From NCBI GenBank assembly GCA_030390025.1, contig CM059432.1:13516001-13580000 (forward strand): 64,000 bases of DNA. Direction: 5' to 3'. The notes beneath the pieces were generated by a model that worked only from the letters and a program-made list of their open reading frames with translations, was not told where the DNA came from and did not search any database. Each line of letters opens with the position of its first letter. Position 1 is the stretch's first letter. The position numbers were made by a program, and so were the translations under genes. Below are positions 27,599 through 40,066 of this stretch, in pieces. The stretch comes from Squalus acanthias. Its lineage: Eukaryota.

Positions 27599-28129
27599 GT
27601 TAATCCCACATTACAACAGTGACTACATTCCAAAAGTACTTCATTGGCTGTAAAGCGCTTTGAGACGTCCGGTGGTCGTGAAAGGCGCTATATAAATGCA
27701 AATCTTTTAAGTCTTTCACAGGATTTCACACAAGACTAAGCTATTTAAATATTTTATGCATACCTAACATTTTGCAATTAAAAATGCAATATTCAGAACA
27801 TAACTGAACATTTTCAATGATTACAACGATCCACAAAAAGTACAGTATTACCATAAAAAAGTGCTTTAGGTTAACTGGAACAATGTCCAAAGTACAGCCT
27901 ACGAGCCCTGACAAACTGACCCACAAAGACCAAGCAATTCAGATTTATTTGCACCTATATTTCTTACGCATTTGTATGTCCTATTCAAGCTACGCAGGCC
28001 TGGGGGTTGTTTTTATTGCTGGTGTTCCATTAGTGGATAAATCTTAAATCAGAACGCCAAGGTCTGTTCACATCAGCAGTTTGTTATGTGTGCAAATTAA
28101 TGGGAACACTGATTTGCTGCAACATATTA

Positions 28130-28390
<261 letters not shown>

Positions 28391-30285
28391 TCAATCACAT
28401 GAATCCACTAAGAGATTTAAAATATTCACAGTAAAAACCAAACGACCAGTGTCCTTTAAAGTTCATTTCCTTTTAATTGCTTCTCCACAAGCACAAGTTC
28501 CCCAATCAAGGGAAACAAGAGGCTCCTGTCACTCTGTTAATGTCATTTAGAACTGACCACTAAGAAATGTGGGTATTAAAACCATGGGAATAACTATACT
28601 TTCCTCTACCTGGCTCCGGGGAAGCCAAAAGGGTTAAAAAAATATAGAAAATGCTGGAAATACGCAGGTCAGGCAGCATCTGTGGAGAGCGAAACAGAGT
28701 TAATGGCCGTGATTTTGCTGACCTCGGCGGGTCCGTGGCAGGCGATCCCAACTCCGCTGCCGTCTCCATCTGAAATGAATTTCCCTTGATTGGGCTTGTT
28801 AAACCCGCCCAGCGCGTTTGTCAGCCAATTAGAGAAAGCGGGTCTGATGACAATTTCATGACGAGTCATCAGCCGGTTTCCTTAAAGGGACCATGGCCAA
28901 CTTTATTTTGGCATTTGTGCCGTCAGTGTTCGACAGCATTGAGCTGCTGCAAACACTGACAAGCACGGCACAGGGCTGCACCCAGGCTCTCCCATGACTC
29001 CCTCCATATGCGTGTCACAGCACGCAGGGAGGTTCTCTTTCCTTCCCATGGGCGAGAGACCTCCCCAGGAGATCAACACAGCCGGGTTGCACATTGCAGA
29101 GAAGGGCACAAGCAGGGATGTGGTCAGGAGGACCTGGGTGCAGTGCTGCAAACGTTTCAATGATCTCAGTAGTTCACGAAACGTTAGTACAAAGCCACAC
29201 TCAACCTCACCCTGCTGTGCCTCTCATCACATCCCCATCACTCTGCCTTCCCTACCCTACTCCTGCACATCTTTACTCACACCAACTTAACCTTGCACTT
29301 CCACCCATCCCTCTCTATCTACATTATCACTTCCCCATCTCACTAGCCACCCCTCACACTCACCCTAGTCCAATCATACCAACTAACAACACACAAGAGT
29401 AGCCACTTGGGTGTTTTATGCAATGTTCATGTAAAGTTTCTGTTAATGTGGTGTCAAACATTGAAACCTTTATTTTCAACACTTTGCGTTCTTGGACAGA
29501 TTTGTGTGCACCTTTGGAAGTGGCTTAGTGAGTTGCAGTGAATGGTGAGACATAACGGTACCCCCCGCAATGGTGATGAGTGCGAAAGGAATGGCTTGGG
29601 CATTGTAGGGATGCTTTATGGTGTTGGGGTGGGGTGGTGCCAACCTGGCGCATCATGTGGCAGCCAGGGTGTACAGCGTCAAGTGAAGTAAATCTGGCCA
29701 TGGTGAGGCCATCTCTGGCCTCCCGGGCAGCAATGTGGTCGGGTGCTGATGCACTCTGTCCTGTGCAGCATCAGGTGATTGTGGAGAAGATTGGTGGTGG
29801 TGATGTTGGGGCTGATTGTGGTAGGATTCTGAGGACCAAGGTGAGAGAGTACAATGGGCACCCATGCTGATCATAGAATGGTTACAGCATGGAAGGCAGC
29901 CATTCGGCCCACCGAGCCCGTGTCGGCTCTCTGCAAGAGCACTTCAGCTAGTCCCACTCCCCCGCCCTTTCCCCGTAGCCCTGCAATTTTTTTTATTTCA
30001 GGTACTTATCCAAGTTCCTTTTGAAAGCAGTGATTGAGTCTGCCTTCACCACCCTTTCAGGCAGTGCATTCCTGATCCTAACCACTCGCTGCATAAAAAA
30101 GTTTTTTTCTTACACCGCTTTTGCTTCTTTTGCCAATCATCTTAAATCTATGTCCTCTGGTTCTCGACCCTTCTGCCAATGGGAACAGTTTCTCTCTATC
30201 TACTCTGTCCAGACCCCTCATGATTTTGAGCACCTCTATCAAATCTCCTCTCACTCTTCTCTGCTCTAAGGAGAACAACCCCAGC

Positions 30286-33200
30286 ATTGTGGTGCTGGAG
30301 CTGCGGATGGATGCATATTGGAGCATTCGCGACGCTGAGAACGTCGTAGATAACACGTTTAGCGAGTTGGTCACACCGCAGGTAAAGGGTGTACAGGCAG
30401 GAAGTGAATGGGTGACCACCAGGCAGAGTAAGAGGTGCAGGCAGGTAGTGCAGGGGTCCCCTGTGGCCATCCCCCTCTCAAACAGATATACCACTTTGGA
30501 TGCTGTTGGGGGGGGGGGGGGGGGGGGGGGGGATGACTTATCAGGGGAAGGCGGCAGCAGCCAACTTCCTGGCACCATGGGTGGCTCTGCTGCACAGGCT
30601 GGGAGGAAAAAGTGTGGAAGAGCTATAGTGATAGGGGATTCAATTGTAAGGGGAATAGATAGGCGTTTCTGCGGCCGCAAACGAGACTCCAGGATGGTGT
30701 GTTGCCTCCCTGGTGCAAGGGTCAAGGACGTCTCGGAGCGGCTACAGAACACTTTGGAGGGGGAGGGCAAACAGCCAGTTGTCGTGGTGCACATAGGCAT
30801 CAACGATATAGGTAAAAAACGGGATGAGGTCCTAAAAGCAGAATATAGGGAGTTAGGAGGTAAATTAAAAAATAGGACCTCAAAGGTAGTAATCTCAGGA
30901 TTGCTACCAGTGCCATGTGCTAGTCAGAGTAGAAATAGGAGGATATTTCAAATGAATACGTGGCTAGAGGAATGGTGCAAGGGGGAGGGATTCAAATTCC
31001 TTGGACATTGGAACCGGTTCTGGGGGAGGTGGGACCAGTACAAACGGGACGGTCTGCACCTGGGCAGAGCCAGGACCGATGTCCTAGGGGGAGTGTTTGC
31101 TAGTACTGTTGGGGAGGGTTTAAACTAAAGTGGCAGGGGGTTGGGAACCTGAGCAGGGAGACAGGAAAGGGAAACAAGGATAAAAGCTAAAGACAGGAAG
31201 GAGAAAAACAAAAGTAGAAGGCAAAGAACTCAACGGTTTAAATCAAACATGGTCACAGTAAATAATAATTCATATAGGTCTGAGAGCGTTAAAAAAACAA
31301 GCCTGAAGGCTTTGTGTCTTAATGCAAGGAGCATTCGGAACAAGGTGGATGAATTAGCTGCGCAAATAGAGGTAAATTAATACGATTTGATTGGGATTAC
31401 AGAAACATGGCTCCAGGGTAGCCAAGGCTGGGAACTCAACATCCAGGGTTATTCAATATTTAGGAAAGATAGGCAAAAAAGAAAGGGAAGTGGGGTAGCA
31501 TTGCCGGTCAAAGAGGGGATTAACACAACTGAAAGGAAGGATATTAGCTCTGATGATGCAGAATCTGTATGGGTAGAACTGAGAAATAACAAGGGGCAGA
31601 AAACGTTAGTGGGAGTGGTATATAGACCGCCAAACAGTAATACGGAGGTTGGGGACGGCATTAAAAGGGAAATTAGAGAAGCATGCAGTAAGGGCACAGC
31701 AGTCATCATGGGTGACTTTAATTTACATATAGATTGGGCTAACCAAATTAGTAAAAATACTGTGGAGGAGGAATTCCTAGAATGTTTACGAGATGGTTTT
31801 CTGGAACAATATGTCGAGGAACCAACCAGAGATCAGGCCATCTTAGACTGGGTATTATGTAACGAGAAAGGATTAATTAGCAATCTTGTTGTACGAGGCC
31901 CCTTGGGTCAGAGTGATCATAATATGATAGAATTCTTCATTAGGATGGAGAGTGAAGTAGTTGAATCAGAGACTAGGGTCCTGAATTTAAATAAAGGAAA
32001 CTATGATGGTATGAGGCGCGAATTGGGTAGGATTGATTGGGGAATGTCACTCAAGGGGTTGACGGTGGATAGGCAATGGCAAACATTCAAAGACTGCATG
32101 GATGAACTACAGAATTTGTTCATCCCAGTGTGGCACAAGAATAAAACAAAAAGGGTGACTCAACCGTGGCTAACAAGGGAAATTAGGGATAGCATAAGAT
32201 CCAAGGAGAGGGCATATAAATTGGCCAGAAAAAGCGGTAGCCCTGAGGATTGGGAGCAGTTTAGGATTCAACAAAGGAGGACAAAGGGATTAATTAAGAA
32301 GGGGAAAATAGAATATGAAAGTAAACTTGCTGGGAACATAAAAACTAACTGTAAGAGCTTTTATAGATATGTGAAGAGGAAAAGATTAGTGAAATCAAGT
32401 GTAGGTCCCTTGCAGTCAGAAGCGGGGGAAGTTATAATGGGGAACAAAGAAATGGCAGACCAATTAAATGCATATTTTGGTTCTGTCTTCAAAGGAGGAC
32501 ACAAATAACCTCCCAGAGATGTTGGAGAACATACGGTCTGATGAAAGGGAGGAACTGAAAGAAATCAGTATTTGCAGGGAAATGGTGTTAGGGAAATTGA
32601 TGGGATTGAAGGCCGATAAATCCCCAGGGCCTGATAATCTACATCCTAGGGTACTTAAGGAAGTGGCCCTAGAAATAGTAGATGCATTGCTGATCATCTT
32701 CCAACATTCGATGGAATCTGGAACTGTACCCATGGATTGGAGGGTAGCTAATGTTACCACACTATTCAAAAAGGGTGGTAGAGAGAAAGCGGGGAATTAC
32801 ATCGGTATTGGGGAAAATGCTAGAGTCCATTATAAAGGATGTAATAGCTGAGCACTTGAAAAACAGTGACAGGATCGGACAAAGTCAACATGGATTTACA
32901 AAAGGTAAATCGTGCTTGACTAATCTACTGGAATTTTTTGAGGATGTAACTGGGAAAATAGATAAGGGAGAACCAGTAGATGTGGTGTATTTGGACTTTC
33001 AAAAGGCTTTCGATAAGGTCCCGCATAAGAGATTAGCGGGTAAAGTTAAGGCACATGGGATTGGGGGCAAGGTATTGACTTGGATAGAGAACTGGTTGGC
33101 GGACAGAAAGCAGAGAGTAGGAATTAATGGGTCTTTTTCCGAGTGGCAAGCAGTGACTAGTGGGGTACCGCAGGGATCGGTCCTTGGACCCCAGCTATTC

Positions 33201-34173
33201 ACAATATACATTAATGATCTAGATAAGGGAACTAAATGTAATATCTCCAAGTTTGCAGATGACACAAAGCTGGGTGGGAGTGTGTGCTGCGAGGAGGATA
33301 CCGAGAAACTCCAGGATGATTTGGACAGGTTGGGTGAGTGGGCAGAAGCGTGGCAGATGCAATATAACGTGGATAAGTGCGAGGTTATCCACTTTGGTGT
33401 CAAAAACAGAAAGGCAGACTATTATCTGAATGGCAATAGATTGGGAGAAAGGGAAGTGCAACGAGACCTAGGTGTCCTTGTGCACCAGTCACTGAAAGTA
33501 AGCATGTAGGTGCAGCAGGCGGTTAAGAAGGCAAATGGTATGTTGGCCTTCATAGCGAAAGGGTTGAGTATAGGAACAGGGATGTCCTGCTGCAGTTGTA
33601 CAGGGCCTTGGTGAGACCACACCTTGAGTACTGAGTGCAGTTTTGGTCGCCTTATCTGAGGAAGGATGTTCTTGCCATGGAAGGAGTTCAGCGAAGATTC
33701 ACAAGGCTGATACCTGGGATGGCAGGAATGACATATGAGGAGAGATTGGGTCGATTGGGCTTATACTCGCTGGAGTATAGAAGAATGAGAGGGGATCTCA
33801 TCGAAACATATAAAATTCTGACAGGTCTGGACAAACTAGATGCAGGAAGAATGTTCACGATGGTCGGAGAGTCCAGAACCAGGGGTCATAATCTAAGGAT
33901 AACGGGTAAGCCATTTAGGACAGAAATTAGGAAGAATTTCTTCACCCAGAGAGTGGTGAACCTGTGGAATTCTCTACCGCAGAAGGTAGTTGAGGCCAAG
34001 TCATTGAATATATTCAAGAATGAGTTAGATATATTTCTTAAAGCTAAAGGTATCAAGGGATATGGGGAGAAGGCAGGTACTGAGTTTGGATGATCAGCCA
34101 TGATCTCATCGAATGGCGGAGCAGGCTCGAGGGGCCGAATGGCCTACTCCTGCTCCTATCTTCTATGTTTCTA
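30286..34173 (+). mobile_element. 5'-truncated, mildly decayed CR1 LINE (partial ORF1 esterase + disrupted ORF2)
   Basis: IVIGDSIVRG/DGLHL ORF1 motifs to 31128; APE-RT split by stops and frameshifts (TAA near 31378, shifts near 32490 and 32800, TAG near 33507); 3' tail ttctatgtttcta. Confidence 0.9.
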
Positions 34174-35090
34174 TCCACGTAACAGAAGTCCCTTATCCCT
34201 GGAATCATTCTTGTAAATCTTTTCTGCACCCTCTCTAAAGCCTTCACATCCTTCCTAAAGTGCGGTGCCCAGAATTGGACATAATACTCCAGTTGAAGCC
34301 GAACCAGTGTTTTATAAAGGTTCATCATAATTTCCACGCTTTTGTACTCTATACCCCTATTCATGAAGCTCTGGATCCCGTAAGTTTTTTTAACCGCTTT
34401 CTCAACCTGCAAATTTTGAAATTGTGCCCTGTACACCCACATCCAAGTCATTAATATATATCCAAGAAAAACAGTGGTCCTAGAACCGATCCCTGGGGAC
34501 CACCACTGTATACCTACCTCCGTCCGAAAAACAACCGTTCACCACTACTCTCTGCTTCCAGTCACTTAGCCAATTTCGTATCTATGCTGCCACTGTCCCT
34601 TTCATCCCATAGCTTCAACAGTGCTGGCAAGCCTACTATGTGGTACTTTGTTGAACACCTTTTGGAAATCTATGTACACATCAACCGCATTGCCCTCATG
34701 AACCCTCTCTGTTGCCTCATCAAAAAACTCGATCAAGCTGGTTAAACACGACTTGCCTTTAACAAATCCGTGTTGGCTTTCCTTAATTAATCCACACTTG
34801 TCCAAGTGACTGTTAATTTTGTCCCTGATTATTGTTTCTAAAAGCTTCCCCACTACCGAGGTTAAACTGACTGGCCTGTAGTTGCTGAGTTTATCTTTAC
34901 ACCCTTTTTTGAACAAGGGTGTAACATTTACAATTCTCCAGTCCTCTGGCACCACCCCCGTTTCTAAGGAGGATTGGAAGATTATGGCCAGTACCTCTAC
35001 GATTTCTTCCTTCAGCGTCCTAGGATGCATCCCATCTGGTCCTGGTGACTTATCTACTTTAAGTACAGCCAGCCTTTCTGGTATCTCCTC

Positions 35091-36571
35091 TAATCATAAT
35101 TCTATAGATTATGGAACAGTTCCTGCAGATTGGAGGGTGGCAAATGTAACCCCACTATTTAAAAAAAGGAGGGAGAGAAAACAGGGAACTACAGACCGGT
35201 TAGCCTATCAGTAGTAGGGAAAATGCTAGAGTCTATTATAAAGGATGTGATAACAGGACACTTAGAAAATATCAACGGGATTAGACAAAGTCAACATGGA
35301 TTTATGAAAGGGAAATCGTGTTTGACAAACCTACTGGAGTTTTTTGAGGATGTAACTGGTAGAATAGATCAGGGAGAACCAGTGGATGTGGTGTATTTGG
35401 ATTTTCAGAAGGCCTTTGATAAAGTCCCACATAAGAGGTTAGTGAGCAAAATTAAAGCACATGGGATTGGGGGTAATCTATTGACATGGATTGAAAATTG
35501 GTTAACAGACAGGAAACAGAGAGTAGGAATAAATGGGTCTTTTTCGGGGTGGCAGGCGGTGACTAGTGGGGTACCGCAGGGATCAGTGCTTGGGCCCCAG
35601 CTATTCACAATATATATCAATGATTTGGATGAGGGAACCAAATGTAATATTTCCAAGTTTGCTGACGACACGAAACTAGGTGGGATTGAGAGTTGTGAGG
35701 AGGATGCAAAGAGGCTTCAAGGCGATTTAGACAAGTTGAGTGAGTGGGCAAATACATGGCAGAATGGATAAATGTGAAGTTATCCACTTCGGTAGGAAAA
35801 ACAGAAAGGCAGAGTATTATTTAAATGGTGATAGATTGGGAAATGCTGATGTACAGAGGAACCTGGGTGTCCTTGCACACCAGTCACTGAAAGCAAACAT
35901 GCAGGTGCAGCAAGCAGTTAGGAAGGCAAATGGTATGTTGGCCTTCATTACAAGAGGATTTGAGTACAGGAGCAAGGATGTCTTACTACAGTTGTACAGG
36001 GCCTTGGTGAGACCACACCTGGAGTACTGTGTGCAGTTTTAGTCTCCTTACCCAAGAAAGGATATACTTGCCATAGAGGGAGTGCAGCGAAGGTTCACCA
36101 GACTGATTCCTGGGATGGCAGGACTATCATATGAGAAGAGATTGGGTCGACTAGGCCTGTATTCACTAGAGTTTAGAAGAATGAGGGGATCTCATTGAAA
36201 CGTATAAAATTCTGACAGGATCCAATACAGACTGGATGCAGGGAGGATGTTTCCCCTGGCTGGGGGGGGGGGGTCTAGAATGAGGGGTCACAGTCTCAGG
36301 ATACGGGTAGGACATTTAGGACTGAGATTAGGAGAAATTTCTTCACTCAGAGTGTGGTGAACCTGTGGAATTCTCTACAACAGAAGGCTGTGGAGGCCAA
36401 GTCACTGAATATGTTTAAGAAGGAGATACACAGATTTCTAGATACAAAAGGCATCCAGGGGTATGGTGAGAGCACAGGAATATGGTATTGAGATAGAGGA
36501 TCAGCCATGATCATATTGAAGGGCTCGAAGGGCTGAATGGCCTACTCCTGCTCTTATTTTTCTATGTTTCT
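35091..36571 (+). mobile_element. 5'-truncated CR1 LINE (RT to 3' end)
   Basis: [29 protein letters not shown] in ORF 35223-35771; 3' tail ttctatgtttcta. Confidence 0.88.
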
Positions 36572-37297
36572 ATCAATTTTTATCCCATCCAGTATCTCCT
36601 CCAACTCCTCCTTCATTATGTCTATGGCAGCATCATCTTCCTTGGTGAAGACAGATGCAAAGTACTCATTTAGCACATCAGCCAAACCCTTTGCCTCCAT
36701 GTGCAGGTCTCCTTTTTGGTCCCTAATCATCCCCACCCCTCCTCTTACTACCCGTTTACTATTTATATGCCTATGGAAGACTTTTGATGGAATAGATGGC
36801 AGGTGAAGTAGATGACAGAAGCGATCTGTCAATGGTGAGCAAGGTAATGAGGTCAGACTGGATGGAGACTTGTGTAAAGACTTGCAGCATGGTGAATCTG
36901 TTGTGGAAATACAGTGAGGAACAGCTTGTGGCTGAGGGAAGATATCTTAAGGTGGGAGCTTTTACTGTACATTTGAAGCTGTCAACTCAACAGCTGAATC
37001 AATGGCCACTGAACTCCTGCCTCAGCTTAACAGACGTGGCCCACGACCAGCGTGGACCCCATGGACGAGCTGTCAAATGCAGATGGTGAGCTGAAATTCA
37101 TTCTTAAGTGGCTCTAAACAAGCCACTAATTACCTGAATTGGGTCCCCCGCTGTGAACCCGCCGCTGCGTCGGGTCTGCTCAGCGACATCGGGGAAAGGC
37201 GCGTGTCAGCGGGGTCCCGACCCACTGGGGGGAAAAAAAACTTTCCCACCCGACCCGCCACCGATCGCGTCCGCCAACCCTCCAGAATATCCAGCCC

Positions 37298-37470
37298 AAT
37301 GTTTCAGGTCAATGACCTTTCATTAGAATGGTCATCAGAACAGTTCTGACGAAAGGTCATCGACCTGAAACGTTAACACTATTTCTATCTCCACAGATGT
37401 TTCCTGACCTGCTGAGTATTTCCAGCATTTTGTTTTTATTTCAGATTTACAGCATCTGCAGTATTTTGCT
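37298..37470. mobile_element. Penelope-like palindrome whose left arm begins at ~28640-28704 and is split by the Harbinger insertion
   Basis: gaaacagagttaat | gtttcaggtc joins across the insertion; right arm cagttCTGACGAaaggtcatcgacctGAAAcgtt. Confidence 0.7.
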
Positions 37471-38469
37471 TTTGTTCCAAAAAAAAAGCCTTCCTCCACA
37501 AACCTAGCTAAAACTGGGAATTTACCACGTGATGATTTATGACGGAAACCCATATCCAACGTGATGCTGAGCATTTGTACAGCAGCAGGGCACATCACTG
37601 GGCAATCCTGCCTGCTCAAAATTTTGACTAACTAATAGTTAAAGACAATTTGTCTTTTTCAAAGATTTACTTTCTTACTCCTTCCCCCTAAGTTACTATT
37701 CTCTGTTGGAAGGATGGATGTTCCTAGGTCTGTGCCTATGTTACCCTTGAACTGAATGCTAGGAAATTCATCAAAACTGCCTAGGTTGGCTCAGTCCTAT
37801 TTTCCCTCCGTTCCCAAGGGAACATGCGCTTTAGCACTGGTGCAATACACCTTAATTGTGGAGCCATATGGTGAGTTCTGCCTCATTAACTCACAATCTG
37901 TAGAGATAGCAAGAGAGACAAAAAGGAAAATAAAATCGGAAAAATAATGGGAAAGAAAAACATAAAAGGGGAACAAAGAAGTCAGCAAACCCAGATAGTA
38001 ATGCCACCATTGTTTTATTGGCATCCTAGTAACAATCCTCGCTAGAAACACCTGCTAGGCACATCCACAACACAGATGGCATTGTCAAGGTCAGAAAATC
38101 ACAGGCAAATCTGCTTCCTGCTGTGAAACCCTGCTTATTATGTCATTTAACACTTTAGTATTCGGGACAGTGCTTAGTACTGAATATTGAAATAAATGTA
38201 GATCTTTCAATGCTGAAAATACTGAAGCTCACATTGTAAGATTCATAAATGTATTCAGATTATTTACACGTTTGCATCGACAGATTCAAGTACTGATTAG
38301 AATTTTATTTTCCCTGCTTCAGTTTTTTCCCTCCCACTCCTGCTGTCCTAGAAACAGGCACTCATGACAGCATACAGTTCAATAGGGGTCATCAGCCTTC
38401 CAGTACCATTGCCAAGTGCTAGCGTGGATAGCAAGAGTCAGCAGGCTAGTCAATGATAAGGGCCGCTAC

Positions 38470-38633
38470 CAATGTTCCCTGTAATTTTCTTTTTGGTGCA
38501 CGGTCCCTTTAACGGGCTGCGCGGCCCATTCCAATTTCCACGCATGCGCTATTTCTTGCATTGAAAAGCCAGTGAGCGGCCTGCACAGGACCTCTAGACC
38601 CCTGCGCGGCCGCACAGCTTAGCAGGAGCATTG
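38470..38633. mobile_element. hAT-like MITE (copy 1)
   Basis: TIRs CAATGTTCCC...GGAGCATTG; internal similarity to 62229-62396. Confidence 0.6.
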
Positions 38634-38964
38634 ACCACAGCTATGCCAGAACTACCTTGACTAAAATCCAGTCCCCGCCACTTACACTGTCCACTCTCAT
38701 CACGGGCAGCCACCTATATTGGACAAATAGCGCTAATCACTTGTCATTAACATAGGAGTTAATTACAAAGATGCCGCTTAAGCGCACCGACTATCTTGGG
38801 CAGTTCGAGCAGCTTCAATCAACTGTCCGCACCTCATTAAAGTGAGATTACGTTAATGATGTGTCGAAATGTAAATTGTGACTTTCCGTTTGTTTTTTAT
38901 CCTTTCATGATTTCTGCGACGTGGATCAGGTAGCCCTGCAGCCTCCAGTCACCCCCCAAGGCCT

Positions 38965-39352
38965 CTAGAACTCCAGTGAGCCCTTCTTACCAGCTGATTT
39001 GCCACCACTGGTGACCAGGTTAGAGCCGGATTTCTTGGGTAGGAGTATGGCCTGGATGTTGGCCTGGACACTTCCCTGGTCGATGGCGACACCACCCAGC
39101 AGCCTGTTGAGCTTCTCGCTGTTGCGGATGGCGGGCTGCAGGTGGCAGGGGATGATGCGCGATATCTTGTTGTCCCGCACCACATTGCCCACCAGCTCCA
39201 GGATCTCGGCCGTCAGGTACTCGAGGACAGCGGCCCCGATGCAGCCGGCGTAGTTAACTTTGCAAAGCAGGCAGTGGATATAGCCAACCAGGAACTGAAG
39301 ACTGGCCCGAGACAAAAGTGGTCTTGGCTTTCGCACGGGCTTTACCTTTGCC
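38965..39352 (-). pseudogene. H2AX: Histone H2A (H2A.X-like) pseudogene in RALBP1 intron 5
   Basis: [11 protein letters not shown](+1 frameshift near 39317)[16 protein letters not shown]...[23 protein letters not shown]...[10 protein letters not shown], then an extended tail ending SLEF*. No ATG, AGAPVYL segment deleted, several R>C/H changes. Confidence 0.85.
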
Positions 39353-39904
39353 GAGTACTCTAATTTTTTGGTTACACCGTCCACCGCCTATAGCAGGTAA
39401 ATTGAATTAACACCAACGCACCCACTATAAGCAGTGGGGACTGTAATAACCACTTTCCAGCAGTGATCACTGGATACAGATCAGGAACACTAGCCAATTT
39501 TTCCCTCCTGATCCTGGAAATACTGAAACCCATTTCAGCAACCTCCACTGTACCCCATCTTAGACTGGCTAAATCAGCACAGATTAGTATCAAACCTAGG
39601 AATTTTCTGGCCTGTAAAACTCAGTACAGCAATAGACTGTGCATTTACCCACAGATGCACTGGGAGAGCTTAAATTCCTTGCTTTAAAACATGCCAAGTT
39701 TTGTAACTAACATACTGAGATGGTATTTCACTATACATTCCTTCAAACAAATCCCAGAAAACTAGGCACAGAATTTAAATAACATTTTGCTTTTCTCCAG
39801 ACTAAAGCACCAAATAAAAAAAAGGGAAAAGGTGATGTATAACTTTCATGCAACTTTTTTTTTTGTTTTCCTCTATTCTGCTCACAAAATGCTCCTAAAC
39901 ATAC

Positions 39905-40066
39905 CTGCCGCCGAATTTCTTCCTTAATGCTCTCTTGTGTCTCAGGCAAGGCAGGCATTGTTGCCACATTAGACCAGCGAAGTGGTTTCACAACTGGTTT
40001 CAGCTCTATTTCCCCAAACAGCTCTTTGACATGAGTGAAGAACAGGTATAGTACACGATTGCTGAT
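39905..40066 (-). CDS. RALBP1: RALBP1 exon 5
   Basis: ttcttcttcag| acceptor; ISNRVLYLFFTHVKELFGEIELKPVVKPLRWSNVATMPALPETQESIKEEIRRQ; donor CAG|GTATGT; 162 nt. Confidence 0.95.

Larger units (their letters stand above)
29870..36785 (-). mobile_element. CR1 LINE on minus strand, split into 29870-30285, 34174-35090 and 36572-36785 by two younger CR1s
   Basis: Three collinear minus-strand ORF2 pieces (LADVLNEYFASVFTKED; HPRTLKEEIVE...SQHGFVKGKSCLT; LGLFSLEQRRVRGDLIEV) with the 3' end at ~29870. Confidence 0.82.
28705..37297. mobile_element. PIF/Harbinger-like DNA transposon derivative (own sequence ~28705-29869 and ~36786-37297)
   Basis: AAT duplicated at both ends; imperfect TIRs (GGCCGTGATTTT vs revcomp GGGCTGGATATT); + strand Myb/SANT-like remnant RRTWVQCCKRFNDL; minus-strand transposase-like C-terminal remnant AAREARDGLTMARF near 29690-29735. 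Confidence 0.7.

Noticed and set aside
30121..31128. 335-aa ORF as a novel chimeric esterase gene
   Set aside because: The first ~55 codons are antisense CR1 sequence fortuitously in frame with a 5'-truncated CR1 ORF1; TTG start; the poly-Gly comes from a poly-G run.
38965..39384. 139-aa ORF as a functional novel histone variant
   Set aside because: GTG start, the true H2A N-terminal tail is in another frame, a core segment is deleted and conserved Arg residues are lost; treated as a pseudogene.
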